Part shown: positions 25,011 to 38,186 of the stretch, in pieces
Position numbering within the stretch: position 1 is the stretch's first letter
How the letters are laid out: each line of letters opens with the position of its first letter
From: Macrostomum lignano
Taxonomy: Eukaryota
Length of the DNA: 64,000 bases
NCBI GenBank assembly: GCA_002269645.1
Contig: NIVC01001976.1
Coordinates: 124,001 to 188,000 of the forward strand
Direction of reading: 5' to 3'
Position numbers and translations under genes: made by a program
The notes under the pieces: model-generated
The model's input: the letters and a program-made list of their open reading frames with translations, nothing else
What the model was told of the DNA's origin: nothing
Databases searched by the model: none

Positions 25011-26658
25011 TGTCTATGATATTGTTTATGACTGTCTTTTCGTCTGTTGTCTACCACTGTCACGACTGTTTATGATATTGTTTTATTTTCATTCTCCTCA
25101 AAACAAGGATTGATAAACGATTTGAGGACTATTAAAATCGTCTCAGACGAGTATAATGAACGCAAAAGTGCAACAACGAGGCAACAAGTAGTTAAAAGTG
25201 ACAAAAATTGTCCAAAAGTTTATCTCATTATTGTTAACTGTGTAAATGTAGACAGTCACTCCGATGCAACAGCTAAATTAACGCATTGCACTTGCTCCCA
25301 TCCTGTTTGCACACTTCGAAAAAGAATCTCCTCAGAAGATTCTTCCAACTGCTTCGACTCGGTTCTTCGATCGGTTTGGAGGCAAGAAGTGATTTGGTTT
25401 CCTCCTTGCAAATCTGTGCAATCTCATGAGGCCACGCAAGTTGTTAAGATAAGGAGCCAGCACTGAATGTATGACTCTGACTGACTCTCTATGCTAGTCT
25501 GGCCAAAATGAGGTCCAATAGCGGCAATGTGCGTTTCGAATCCGCTTCTCCTGCCAATGCGCAGTCAAATTTTACTTATTTCCTGTTTTCTGTGCTTTCG
25601 CTATCAGCCCTTCCGTGCAGGAATGACTTTCTGTGACAGCTTTGGATCGCTCGTTTCGATAAGCGCTCACTCTGCTGTGCATTTCTGTGCTTTGCTTTGA
25701 CTTTTGGCTTGACTTCATCTCCCAGCCTGCTTTCAAACCAGCATTCGATACCTCTGCAGCAGCCCACCATACTTTATTTGGTCTTTCTGACCTCTTCTCT
25801 CTCCTTTCTCGTCGTTTTTTTCAGACGTCCTGAGCAGTTTGGGTACTGCAGAGCGTCCTGACTGCTTTTGAGAGTTGTGCTTTCTCTGCGAGTCTCTGCT
25901 GCCGCTCCGTCAGCAGACTGGCGAGTTCAGAACTGGCCATCGGTGAGTCCCGCTCTGCCCTGCTGCAGTCTGCTGTGCTGGCGTTAGAGTGAGCTGTCAA
26001 TTGGGCATGCGATTTCCCACTCACTAAATCCTTTACTCTGAATTCACAGACTGGCTTCTCCTTCTCTTCTCCCTCCTTCTGCCCCTCTTCTTTCCCCTGT
26101 TCTTCTCGCTCCCCTCTTTCTCCCTCCAGTTCAGGTTCACTCTGGGCTGAGACCTGACCATGGTGACTACTTACACCGCTCAGTAGGAGAGATTTAAAGA
26201 TCTCAGACTGCACTGAGGCACAGTGTGTTAGCTTGGCCTTATCAAGGATATGTACAGCTTGGGGTGGCCGCTGCAGCCGCAGCCTCTCCGTTGCCATGCT
26301 GAGTGCACAGAGGCGAAGGCGGCGGACTCAGCGCTCATGCTCGGGAGAGAAGTTTCGGCTGCTACGGCCGGGGGTGCATGTGCCTGAGACTGCAGAGGGT
26401 GGACAGCTGAGAGACTCTGGTAACCTGCTGCACAAACCTTTGAAACGCATGCCTCTCTGACAGCAGCCGTGACTGACATCTGCCACTCTGACAGCATCCA
26501 GGATTCATTAGGTGTTTCCTTGAAAAGTCTTAAAAAGTACGACGCCACCCTCTTTCTTTCTGCCAGTTTGTTTAAACCACTTTAATTACTCGTAAAAAAC
26601 CAGGAGAAAACTATTTACGTACCTTCTAGATGAAGCACACATCAGCGCACCAAGCAAA

Positions 26659-28232
26659 ATGAGCGAACAAATCAGTGCCGATGAGGCCGCCAAGACAGGA
26701 AATATCCAGGCACTCCAACATCATCTGAACCTTCAGCATGGAAGAAACGAAATATATGTTTTTTGCAAAACAGCTTCAAGACTTGCTGCAAGCGAGGGTC
26801 ACTTAGAAGTCGTGAAGTTTCTCGTGCCAAAAGTCGCTAACAAAGCAAAAAGAGATAAGTGCTGCATCGAGGCTGCTGAATCTGCTGCAAGAAATCGTCA
26901 ATGGGAAGTCGTCAAGTTTCTCGTGCCGACAGTCGCTGACCAGACAAAAAGAGATCAGTGCTGCATCCAGGCTGCTAAATCTGCTGCAAGAAATGGTAAC
27001 TTACAAGTTGTCAACTTTCTCGTGCCAAAAGTCGCTAACAAAACAAAAAGAGATCAGTGCTGCATCAAAGCTGCTGACTCTGCTGCAAAAAGTGGTCAGT
27101 GGGAAGTCGTCAAGTTTCTTGTGTCGACAGTCAAAGACAAAAGAAAAAGAGATCAGTGCTACATCGAGGCTGCTGAATCTGCTGCAAGAAATCGTCAATG
27201 GGAAGTCGTCAAGTTTCTCGTGCCGAAAGTCGCTAACCAGACAAAAAGAGATCAGTGCTGCATCCAGGCTGCTAAATCTGCTGCAAGAAATGGTAACTTA
27301 CAAGTTGTCAACTTTCTCGTGCCAAAAGTCGCTAACAAAACAAAAAGAGATCAGTGCTGCATCGAGGCTGCTGAAACAGCTGTAATCCGGGGTCAGTGGA
27401 AAGTCCTCAAGTTTCTCGTGCCAAAAGTCGCTAACAAAACAAAAAGAGATCAGTGCTGCATCGAGGCTGCTGAAACAGCTGTAATCCGGGGTCAGTGGAA
27501 AGTCCTCAAGTTTCTCGTGAAACAAGTCGCTGACCAAGCAAAAAGAGATCACTGCTGCATCGAGGCTGCTGACTCTGCTGCAAGCAATGGTCAGTTAGAA
27601 GTCATCAAGTTCCTCATCACGTGTCTCTCAAGTCCGGATCAAAAAGCGCAGCTCCGTTTCCAATGCGCAGTCCCGGCTTGCTCTCGTCTTCGCGAAGATG
27701 TCGTTGCCTCCCTCGGCCTCGAGCCCGACTGGCTCTTCCAATCCAGCACCATTCTCAGCTTCACTGCAGCAATGGCCATCGAAGGCAGGAACTCTGTTCT
27801 CACCGACACCCTCTCTCGAATGCAGCCAGCTCGCATCACACAGCTGCTCCGTCTCTCCATCTCTCAAAGACACATTGCTCTTGCTGTCACAATTGCTGTC
27901 ACACTGATCAATGATGAGCGAGTCAGCACAGAGCATGTCGATCTGCCAGACAGCACTGGAGCCACTGCTCTCATGCTGGCAGCTGATGCAGGTCATCACG
28001 AGCTCATTGAGAAACTCATCGATCTCGGTGCGTCAGTGCGTGCTGAAGACAGTCAGGGTCGGACTGCTCTGTCACGAGCGTGCGAAGCCGGTCACGTGCG
28101 AGCAGTCAAGGCTCTGATGGACAGAGGAGCGGATGCGAGTCATCGAGACGGTCGGGGTCAGACGTGTGCGCAGGTGGCAGAGCGATTTGAGCAGCGGCAG
28201 GTGCTGCGGCTGCTTGATCCCAGTGGAGCGGG
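26659..28232 (+). CDS. ANK-cGLR copy 2, exon 1 (9 variable ankyrin-like repeats, spacer, canonical ANK repeats); intact
   Basis: Open from ATG 26659; DSTGATALMLAADAGHHELIEKLIDLGA canonical ANK; GG|gtgagt phase-2 donor. Join 26659-28232, 29646-30007, 36060-37723 = 3600 nt (1199 aa plus stop). Confidence 0.9.
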
Positions 28233-28851
28233 GTGAGTGAGGCGAGAATTTTGCAAATCTTTTTAGTATTGGATATCATATCCTGCTCTAGTAAAGCATT
28301 TTTATTATGTTCGTTGGAATTCTTGGTAAATAGGCTTAAAACAAAAATATTTTAAAGGATATTCGGGGTTAAGCAACGAAGTAGTGAACTCAAGGACGAG
28401 AGATGAAGTGAGACAGAGTGAGATGAGAAAAAAGACAAGAGACAAGACGGAAGGCGCAGAAACTAAGAAGTTGCTTTTTTAAGTTTCTGATGAGTGAAGA
28501 AATAATATTAGTGTCCATGCGAGGAAAGGCTGCTTTCGGTCATCCGCTTCTACCTGCTCTCCCTCCTCCTTTTACCTTAAAAAACGTTGGAAATGGATGA
28601 TGCTGCAAAAAATCTAGAAATGTGTGGCGCAAAACATTTTAAAATGGTGAGAACTGCTGTGAGAACCCTCGCTTTCCTTCCTGCATTGCAGAAGCCCAGA
28701 GGCCCGGCAGGCAGCCGCTCACCCCTTGGATTCGGGCCTCCATCGGTGAGTCTGACCGGTTCGGCTTTCACTGCCGCATTGCACCTTCCAACATGCTGGC
28801 AGCTTGGGGAAAAAATTCCAGCGAAACTCAGCAGGGTTGAGATGGGTTGGA

Positions 28852-29590
28852 CTGAGTGCTGCAGCAGCTGCACTCTCAGCTCTCCTGCTTGAGATGCCAG
28901 TCTGAGTGCTGCAGCAGCTGCACTCTCAGCTCTCCTGCTTGAGATGCCAGTCTGAGTGCTGCAGCAGCTGCACTCTCAGCTCTCCTGCTTGAGATGCCAG
29001 TCTGAGTGCTGCAGCAGCTGCACTCTCAGCTCTCCTGCTTGAGATGCCAGTCTGAGTGCTGCAGCAGCTGCACTCTCAGCTCTCCTGCTTGAGGTGCCAG
29101 TCTGAGTGCTGCAGCAGCTGCACTCTCAGCTCTCCTGCTTGAGGTGCCAGTCTGAGTGCTGCAGCAGCTGCAATCTCAGCTCTTCTACTTGAGATGCCAG
29201 TCTGAGTGCTGCAGCAGCTGCACTCTCAGCTCTCCTGCTTGAGGTGCCAGTCTGAGTGCTGCAGCAGCTGCACTCTCAGCTCTCCTGCTTGAGATGCCAG
29301 TCTGAGTGCTGCAGCAGCTGCAATCTCAGCTCTTCTACTTGAGATGCCAGTCTGAGTGCTGCAGCAGCTGCACTCTCAGCTCTCCTGCTTGAGATGCCAG
29401 TCTGAGTGCTGCAGCAGCTGCAATCTCAGCTCTTCTACTTGAGATGCCAGTCTGAGTGCTGCAGCAGCTGCACTCTCAGCTCTCCTGCTTGAGATGCCAG
29501 TCTGAGTGCTGCAGCAGCTGCACTCTCAGCCCTCCTGCTTGAGATGCCAGTCTGAGTGCTGCAGCAGCTGCACTCTCAGCTCTCCTGCTT
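28852..29590. repeat. Intron-1 VNTR, 50 bp (CTGAGTGCTGCAGCAGCTGCACTCTCAGCTCTCCTGCTTGAGATGCCAGT), about 15 copies
   Basis: Direct reading; about 2 copies in copy 1 (13544-13658) and copy 3 (LINE-interrupted). Confidence 0.95.
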
Positions 29591-29645
29591 GTTCTGTCCA
29601 TCCAACTCTGAGCAAGTCACCCACACGCATCTCGGATCATTCCAG

Positions 29646-30007
29646 GCTCTCAGACGACTCCAAGCAAGACATGCGCCTGAGCAAGTGGCTGCATCGACTG
29701 CTCAGCGATGCGGGATTCACCGAGCAGAGAGCAAAGTGTCAGCAGAGACTGGCTCGCTGGCTCGAAGAAGTCGCTCGAGTCCTTGCACAGGATGGCAGGC
29801 AGATGACGGGCAGCTACGTAGAGGGCTGGGCCAACAGTCTGGTGCAAGTGAACGGCAGGACAGCTGCAGACTCGGACATTGACTGGACTGTGCTGGTTGA
29901 TGGGCAAGAGTTCCATCTGGAAGGTGTCTGCAAAGGATATGGTTCCTGCCGAGACGCCACTCGGCTGAAGGTCACGGAGGGCCACGCACAGGTGGCAGTG
30001 GGAGCAG
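29646..30007 (+). CDS. ANK-cGLR copy 2, exon 2 (NTase GS/DxD)
   Basis: tcattccag|G acceptor; MTGSYVEGWANS...DSDIDW; GCAG|gtgagt donor; 362 nt as in copy 1. Confidence 0.88.
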
Positions 30008-30810
30008 GTGAGTGAGGCTGGGTTCATCCTCAGAATGCTGAGATCCGCATGCAACTGGAAGCCCATTAACTTTGCTCAATTTTAAATTTGCAATGGAGTG
30101 GCGCCCAGCCTCCAGCAGCTTCTGTGACTGCGAATGTCGGCTTGGGTGCTGAAACAAGCGGCAGGCGAAATTGAAAAGAAAACTCTGATGCGCACTCGTA
30201 GATACTGCTGAATCATTGTCGTGTTTTAATATAGGAATGTACATCTCGCTTTATATGTACATTTATGCCAACAACTCTATCGTTCACTGCCCCGCGGAGC
30301 TTTCGTGTTTTTTATCCCACACTGCCAAATACCGTGGGTTTCACAGATACGAGTAGTACTTGTCTAAAGAGGTATTCAGCTATCTTTATTCTGGTCGAAT
30401 GAATTATCGAGCTTTGAAACTACCGAACTGAAGCTCTACATTGCGCGCTTTTCTTTATTATTCTTATCAAGTCTTCAAGTCAATTATATCTTTTTGATAA
30501 TTACAAACCGGGTTTCGTTTTAAAAATAAGAAAATTGAGTGGAAACTTCCACCTTTTAGGTTGGAAAGTGTTGTACTTTTCGTAGTAATGGAGACGAATG
30601 CAAGGTGCCGAGTTAGGAAGAGATCGTAGATGCATGCAGCGCGTATATTTTTTCCAGCAGCAAAGTAGCTGGCTGCTATACTTAAAATAGGAATAAGGCT
30701 TCACCCATAAACCATAGAACTTAAGTTCATACACAACACCCCCACATTTTAGCAATTAACCTGGAGAGAAATAAATGACTGTTTTCTATTTTGTCTAACG
30801 ATCAAATAAA

Positions 30811-33187
30811 TCAGGAATAGGTCAGCCGATCAGGGGCTTTTCGGAGCCTCTGACTTCGACGAGAAACTTGGTACTCGGGACTTTGATCGCTGGTTGTCTC
30901 CACTTCAGCAGGAGTCGTAGTCTCCATTTCCTTCTCCTTGCTGCTGCCAACATTGGCAGGTCTAGGCGAGGTAATCTCTTGTGAGTTCTCTGTAGTCCTT
31001 GGCGTTGCATCAGATGCATGGACAACCCGTCCTTTGCTGTCCAAGTAGGTATTTGATCCATGAAGTTCTTGGATTTCTTCTGGGACCTTGTCTGACTTTC
31101 CTTCGACGTTGATGTAGACAGGAATTGGGGTAGTTAGCGGTTTGTCCCATTCTGTAAAGGTTGCAGTGAGGCGCGTTCTTGGGCGTTGCATAAACAGTTG
31201 TGCAGCAGGAATCGCTCCTTCGGAATTCGGTGTAGTGTTCTTCGAAAGGCAGAATGATATCAACACCTTCTCACATTCGGAACCTATGTCATTACTGTTC
31301 TGCTTCAGAGTCACTTTCAACTCTTGGATAGCTCTCTCCACAATCCCATTTGACTGGTGATGACCAGGTGGTGTTAGGACGTGGTTAATTAGATTCTTCT
31401 TGAGAAATTCTGCGAACTCTTTTGATCGAAAATTGGTTCCATTGTCAGTCACAATGCACGTTGGAAGTCCCATGTTCTTAAATGTTCGTCTGCATGCTGG
31501 AATAAGAGAGTTGGCTGTGAGATTTGACAGCTGATGTACATCAATCCACCGAGAGAACGAGTCGATGAGAACCAAGAAGTGTTTCTCCTTTGAAATATGC
31601 TATGTCCAGATGAACACGTTCGAAGAAGAACTTTGAATCCTCCCATGAATGCAGATTTGCATTTGTTCGCTTTCTCGAATTTAGTTGGCAGGAAGGACAC
31701 CTTTGAACGAAGCTATTGATCTGGGCGTCAATGTAAGGCCACCAGAAGTACTCTCGAGCTAGTCTGATCATGCGCACAATGCCCGGATGATTCTCGTGAA
31801 GAATTTGAAGACTTTCTTTGCGCATGGACTTTGGAGGCACGATTCGGATCCCTTTAAACAGAATCCCGTTTTGAATGGAGTATTCCGCCTTGGATTTGGT
31901 GTACGGAAGAAGCTGTTTAGAAATGTAGCTTGGCCAACCTTGAGTAACAAACTTCTTGATAATATCAATTTCAGGGTCTCTGGTGTTGGCGACACGCCGA
32001 AGAATTGTCCCAGAAGAAGAAAATTCTACGAGAGAGTTTACCTCCAGCAGATTGACATCAAATTTTGAAAACGAAGTAGAAGCGTTTGTTGAAGGAATTC
32101 TGGACAGAGTATCTGCTGCGAGCATGGTGTCTCCCTTTGAGTAAGTGACGGTGTAGTCATAGGATCTGAGCAGCAATGCCCATCTCTGGAGTCTCGCAGA
32201 AACTCGGTCAGGAACTTTCGTTGTAGAGAAGATGTACTGCAAAGGTCTGTGATCAGAGATGATGGTAAAATGACGGCCTGCCAGAAATTGATGAAAATAT
32301 TTTAAACCCTCGATGATTGCAAGAGCCTCCCGCTCAATGCGATAGTTGGCGTCAGCCTTGGTCAAAACTCTGCTTCCCAGCCATACAACTTCTTTTTGGT
32401 TCGTGTCGTGGGACAGCACAAATCCTACTCCACTCTGAGAAGCGTCGCAGGTTAGAAACAACGGCCTCTTTATATCATAAGAAACGATTCGACCTTCCGT
32501 TACAGCAGCTTTCAGTTGGGAGAACGCACCTGAGTGAACGACGGTCCATTTCCACTGAACCCCTTTCTTTAGGAGGTAATAGAGCGGCTTGGCGATCATA
32601 GAGAAATTCCGACAAAAAATCCCGTAGTGTCTTAAGGTGCATATAGCACTTCTCAATTGATCCCGGTCCTTTGGCTCTGACAAGTTGGATAGAGCTTCCA
32701 CTCTTGCAGGATCAGGCAGAAGTTTCCCATCTCGGAGGAGAAGTCCCAAAAATTTGACTTCTTTCTTGCACTCCTGAGTCTTACGCTCATTGATCTTGAA
32801 TCCATGCTTTTTCAGTTTTTCCTTGACTTGCACCAGGATCTGTCGATGCTGCTCCACTGTTTCAGTGCCTAGAATGATGTCGTCCTGATAAGAAGCAGTG
32901 CCTGGTATTCCTTTGAGCAAGATATCCATAACTTCCTGAAATATCAGTGGTGCTGCCGATATCCCAAATTGTAACTTGCGGAAGGCAAAATGCCCTACGT
33001 GGGTGGAAATACACGTAAAATCCTGACTTTCTGGCGTTAGGGAAATCTGCAAGAATGCGTCTTCGAGGTCGAGCACTGAATACACTTTCGAATTTGGGAT
33101 CTTTTGAAGGATTTCTTTCAAAGTTGGCAGTCGATATCGATCTCTCGGTCTATCAGTCTGTTGAGAGTGACTGAATAGTCTCCACAC
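30811..33187 (-). pseudogene. pol (RT, RNase H, integrase) of the Mag-like element, frameshifted
   Basis: LDLEDAFLQI, YQDDII, CDAS, HENHPG...CPSCQ, TDNG, PPGHHQSNGIVERAIQELK. Extra GA near 33145 and extra A near 31583 break the frame. Confidence 0.9.
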
Positions 33188-34470
33188 AGTCTAATGGGTC
33201 TCTTTGATCCTTCTGGTTTCAACACAGGAACAATAGGGCACGATACCTTAGGCGAGTGAACTGGGTAGATGATACCTGCACTTTCCAGTCCTTTCAGCTC
33301 CAGTTCAACCAAAGTTTTAATTGAGAACGGAAGGGATCTGGCAGGAAAGCACATTCCATCGTCCTTCAGGCGAAAGCTGGCCTGGAATCTTGAATTTTCA
33401 TCACACTGCACTGGATGGCACAGAAATTCGTCTACCGTCAATAGGTTGAAGGCACGAATAAAATTTATTCCCAAAATGGCTTGACTGGATGGGTCCCCGA
33501 CATATATGTCTCCGCATGCCGTTTTGCCATTTCTCAGCTCAATCGTGACGTCCTTAGCCATGCCTCGTACGGAAACTGAAGCTCCCCCGAAAACTTTGAG
33601 TGATCGAATGTCCGCGTCAACCATGTGCAATCCGGCTTGCTCTACGATGGTTACTGGCAAAATTGTTACCTGACTACCAGAGTCGACGCACATATGGACT
33701 GTGGAATCACCGATCGTGCAGACTATTTTCCAGAGTTCGTCGCATGGAGTAGCCTTGATCACCGAGTACACAGCTGAATCAGGTGGGTCAGCGTCGGTTG
33801 CTTCAACTTCCGCGTACGTGACTTTCTTGCTGCTACCGATGTTGGACCTGCATGCTCTGGCAATGTGCCCGGTTTTTCCGCACTTGTGACATGTCACATT
33901 ACGGAGCTTGCAGGTATTTCTAAGATGACCCGGGTTACCACAGGAATGGCAGCTAGACTTAGAATGATTCGGCGCTGTTGGCATTGGCCTGGATACCGTT
34001 GGATACTTTTGGTTGCTGCCGGTCTTCTTGTGAGTGGTTTTCTGCATTGCTGCGACGGTTTTGCTCGAATCAGTAGCTTGAGATACGGACTCCGATAAGA
34101 GACTATCCTTAACCGCAGTCTCTAGATCCAGCTTTTCCTTCACTAGTAATTTTTGCTTCAGAGAATTATCAGCCAGTCCGAAAATATACTGAGAAAGAAT
34201 TAACTCTTCTCGCAGGTTGCCGAATTCGCATTTGTTGGCTTGTGTCTTCAGTCTCTCCAAAAACTTTGTCACCGACTCACCCTGTATTTGGACCATAGTA
34301 TGTAGCAGATGTCTGTCGTAGTGAAGAAGGCGCTTGGGTTTCAATTGGCTCAGTGCCGCTTCTTTGATGAAATCGAACGTACACTTTGTATCGTTTAAAA
34401 TGTCTTCTGGCTGCACAAGTGTCTCAATCAGTGAAAATGCGGCATCACCACAAGTAGCAATTAGAACGGC
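33118..34470 (-). pseudogene. gag-protease of the Mag-like element (N-terminus cut off by a nested LTR)
   Basis: Two CCHC knuckles (CHSCGNPGHLRNTC, CHKCGKTGHIARAC) and the protease motif VDSGSQVTIL. The N-terminal piece VEQYFKRLGFYISATEKNDQSKA lies at 35551-35640. Confidence 0.9.
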
Positions 34471-35549
34471 TGATGTGTTCCTTATTACCCGACTTTTGGT
34501 AATCAAAGAACACTCACTTCTAGCTCAGTAGCTAGGCAACCCAGTACGTCAACAGAAGGTATTTAATTACCTTGAGTCCTTAAGTGAGAGCTCTCGTCAA
34601 TACTCCTTGTTCGTTGATCTCGCTATCTGTAGCGTTCCTGTCCTTCAGGAATTCCGGGCGCCGGTCAACAGTTGATCTGGTCCGCTCTTGCAATGGTCTC
34701 CTTGACTTCTTGCCGGCCGGTTATCTGTAGTTCGGACCAATCGGAAGCTTCCAAATTAACAATGGGTACCCTGCGCCAAACTGCGGTTTAATGTAAGCCT
34801 ACTCCTTCTAGTAGTGCCTCTATGCACTCCAGGTATGGCTCCGGAAACCACTGATAGTCTTCTAAGATCTATCAGGGGCAGTCCTTCTGGAGACTGCAAC
34901 CAGTAGAGTCTAAACAGACTCAGGAGTCTCAACAGACTCACAATAAACTCAAGTCACTCTTGGACTTGAGCGAGACGTCTCAACCAACAGGCGCAAATGA
35001 GTAAGGCTTACCGCAAGAACCCGACCACGTCTTCGAGTTGCTTCAGGAAGTCTGCTGCAGAGCTTCCTCTTCGGAGCTTTCTCTCTCGGAGATTCTGTGG
35101 CTCCGGGTCCGTTCCGGACCACTTGTATTTATAGGCAAATGGACCCCCATGAGGTCACGTGGGTCCTACTCTTCAGCTGTCAAAAAGGTCACGGTTTGGT
35201 TGCTGTCAAACTTGGCAGGGTAGAAAGTTACTCCATTGGTTCAGTGTAAAAGCGCGTGATTGGTCATCGCATTCGAGTTATTTTTAGTTACATTTGATTG
35301 GGTCACGTGCGTACGGTTGAATGATGCATCTTTCCTGGGGTTTGCGTTCGACACGTACAGGTTACACGTGATTGGGTGATTTCTAAATTTAGCATGCTCA
35401 AGGTCTCTCTTTTTCTATTGGTTAGTCAGAATATACTTATAATTCAAAGCATACTTTTATTCATGCTCTTCAACTTACTACTGAATAAAATGTGTGAGTA
35501 GTACGTTAACACTTTTATGTCTTTTTTACGGGAGGTAGAACACTCTACA
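34471..35549. mobile_element. Nested solo LTR (1079 bp) inserted in gag
   Basis: TG...CA ends (tgatgtgttc...gaacactctaca); CGGC duplicated at 34467-34470 and 35550-35553; removing it rejoins gag KA|VLIATCG. Confidence 0.8.
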
Positions 35550-36059
35550 CGGCTTTGCTCTGGTCATTCTTTTCCGTTGCGCTAATGTAAAAACCGAGGC
35601 GCTTGAAATACTGTTCGACATCGGGGTAGCACAGCGGCATCTCCCCCCAGTCGGAAGTCGAGTCCGGAAGACATCGGAATGAAGATTTGGTGACTGCAGT
35701 ATCGTCCCCCGGAGAATTAAATTTTCCTCGTCGCCATGTTGTACTTTTCGTACTAATGGAGACGAATGCAAGGTGCCGAGTTAGGAAGAGATCGTAGATG
35801 CATGCAGCGCGTATATTTTTTCCAGCAGCAAAGTAGCTGGCTGCTATACTTAAAATAGGAATAAGGCTTCACCCATAAACCATAGAACTTAAGTTTATAC
35901 ACAACAGAAAGGAAAGGTAATTTAAATTAACTGTTAATCCTCTAAGTTCTATAGCAGTCGAGAGAAAATATTGTTGTTTTAAATGATATTTCATTAGTTT
36001 CAACCAACCCATCTTCTTCACTCGCCACAAAGCGACTCTCCGCTCACTGCGCCCTGCAG

Positions 36060-37723
36060 GCAACCAACCTGCAGTGAGAGCCACGGCGTGCGGTGTGCGG
36101 CCTGCACAGGACACGTGCCATGCGATCAAGTGCTGCAGCAGTTTCTGTGAGGTCAGGATTAGAAAACTGATTGATGACACATATATTCCAGTTCACCTCG
36201 TTCGGGCGACCAGACCGAGCTCGACCAACGAGCTCAGAGTGAGCTTCAGCTTCCAAGAGAAACACATCATGAGACGGCTGAGCACAGTCCAGGGCCAGCT
36301 GTTCACACTCATCAAGTTCATCTTCAAGAGACACTTGCCGCTCACTCTGGACACACCTGGACTCAAGACCTACCATGCAAAGACTCTGCTCTTCACAATG
36401 CTAGAGAGGCATGGCACAGATCCTGAAACTGAGGCTTGGCAGCCCCACAATCTGATCACTCTGCTCAAGGAGTCTCTCGACATGATGCTGAGCTTCATCG
36501 ACTCAAGCAGCTCGCCCGATGAGTGCATGCCGCACTTCTTCATGCCCGACGCTCCGCTCTACTTCAAGAACGCTGGAATCGGTGGCGACTTTGACAACAC
36601 AAAGGCGAGGATTCGAGACCGACTTTGTGAGCTGAGAAGCGACATCGGCGGAGTGGTCGAGCAGCTGAGGAGTCTCGTGAGACCTCTCCAGCCAGAGAAG
36701 TTCTACTTTCACCCGTTCACTCTGCTGCCTCTGAGTGCGCCGCCTGCTGTCACGGAGGAAAGGGACAGTAGATACTATATACTAGAGAAATTCCGGTTCG
36801 AACACGTGTACAGTGTGGTGCATCAGTGTGTGAGCGAGCTGCAGTCGGAATCGAGCGACAGAGATACCCTGATGAGGCAGCTCAGTCTCCTGCATGAGCT
36901 GCAGTGGTGCAAGTGCGCCGCCCTGTGCATGACCGTCATGGCGCATTTGAAGTTTGGAGAATCTGAGAAGGCTGAGAGACTCGCGATGGAGCTGCAGAGA
37001 CATCAGGTTGAGTCAGGGTTGAAGCCACAGGATATTCAAGTATATGACTTGCCAAAAGACTCAGACTGGGCGTGGAGGTTCTGCCTCCCCTGCGACTCTC
37101 CGCCTCGCTTCCCATTCCTTCCCGAGTTCACGCAGACTCTGTTCACAGCCAGACTGTCGCAGCCTCTCTCCTCCCACCTGTACGTGAACTTCCGCTGCCT
37201 GAGCTGGAGTCTCCAAGCTGAGCTGCTCCGCAATCCCGCACCTGCAATTGAACTGGAGGATTGGAAGCGAGAGCTGGAAGATGAGCCGGACTTGGAGGAG
37301 CTGCTCACTCTGGCTCACTACAGCGACTGCCGCGAGCACGTGGAGCTCAGCCTTCAGCAGATGGAGATGATCGAGGAAGAGAGACGCGTCACCATGGAGA
37401 CGCAGGACGAGGAGAAGATCGGCTGGGTCAGGCAGAAGAGGTGGCGAGTTTCGAACCGCAGCGGCAGCGACAGCGGCGCTCACCGCAGCAGGGAAGATGA
37501 GGAGCGGAGGCTGTGGGCGAGGGCGAGGCTGCGTCGAGACGGCGGGGCCGACTTTGGGCGCCTGGTTGCCATGGAAACTGCAGCGGAGCAGAGAGACAGC
37601 TGGACTCACGCCAAGCTCAGTCGGATGAGACTAGAGAAGCTGGAGAGACTTGATGCAGCAGCCGGAGTCCTCAAAGTCGAGTCGCAAAGTCGAGGTCGGA
37701 AAAGGAAGGCCGAGTCAGACTGA
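36060..37723 (+). CDS. ANK-cGLR copy 2, exon 3 (catalytic Asp, Mab-21 C-lobe, helical tail with a 67-aa insert)
   Basis: ccctgcag|GC phase-1 acceptor; QDTCHAIKC, SFSFQEKHIM, LKTYHAKTLLF; open to TGA at 37721-37723. Confidence 0.9.
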
Positions 37724-38186
37724 CTGCGTGGTGCGGTGTTCCGTACTGACACAAATTTCATGTAATTTTGGTTTGTTCAATCGAACTGTTTATTTTGCTG
37801 CATGCTGGGTTGATGAGGGTTCTGCGCGTTCTGCCAATTTCTGTCTAATTTAGCAACTGAAATGCTGCTTTGTTTTCTCTGCTTTTTTAGGAAATGAGCA
37901 CATGGAGAGCTATCGAGTGCGAGCAGCCCTCCTGCTATGAACTGCAGTTTTGCACATTTGTTGAACTCATAATTTTGTAAGCTTCTTTGGCTTTTGCGTG
38001 AGCTGTTTGAGAAATTTTACTCTATTTATTTCTGACATATTTCAGATGCACTCTTGTGTCTTAAGAATTTGTTGTCCGTTCTCTTTGGTTTTTTAAGTAC
38101 CAGTTTTGAGTACTTTCTCAATCAGCCTTCAAATTTATTACATCATGTACTTTCATCATATTGTCGTGTACCCTGCAGCAACTGCC

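Larger units (their letters stand above)
30569..35906 (-). mobile_element. Ty3/gypsy LTR retrotransposon (Mag-like), full length but disrupted, in intron 2 of copy 2
   Basis: 170-bp LTRs at 30569-30738 and 35737-35906 (TGTTG...CAACA, 2 mismatches); 5-bp TSD GAAAG; PBS TGGCGACGAGG next to the 5' LTR; domain order gag-PR-RT-RH-IN. Confidence 0.95.

Noticed and set aside
22679-25063. Multiple 150-235 aa ORFs on both strands (also 43035-43891 and 50096-51521)
   Set aside because: Products of 41-, 42- and 24-bp satellites.
25821-26297. Minus-strand E/K-rich ORF upstream of copies 2 and 3 as a partner gene
   Set aside because: No recognisable domain, a low-complexity purine tract, differing ends and indels in the 45892-46320 homologue, and mostly missing before copy 1.
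33118-33187. Programmed gag-pol ribosomal frameshift
   Set aside because: The break is a 2-nt GA insertion inside the RT N-terminal region, downstream of the protease; together with other lesions it indicates decay or sequencing error.
37439-37639. The 201-bp insert as an unannotated intron
   Set aside because: Available GT (37441) and AG pairs all leave a frameshift.
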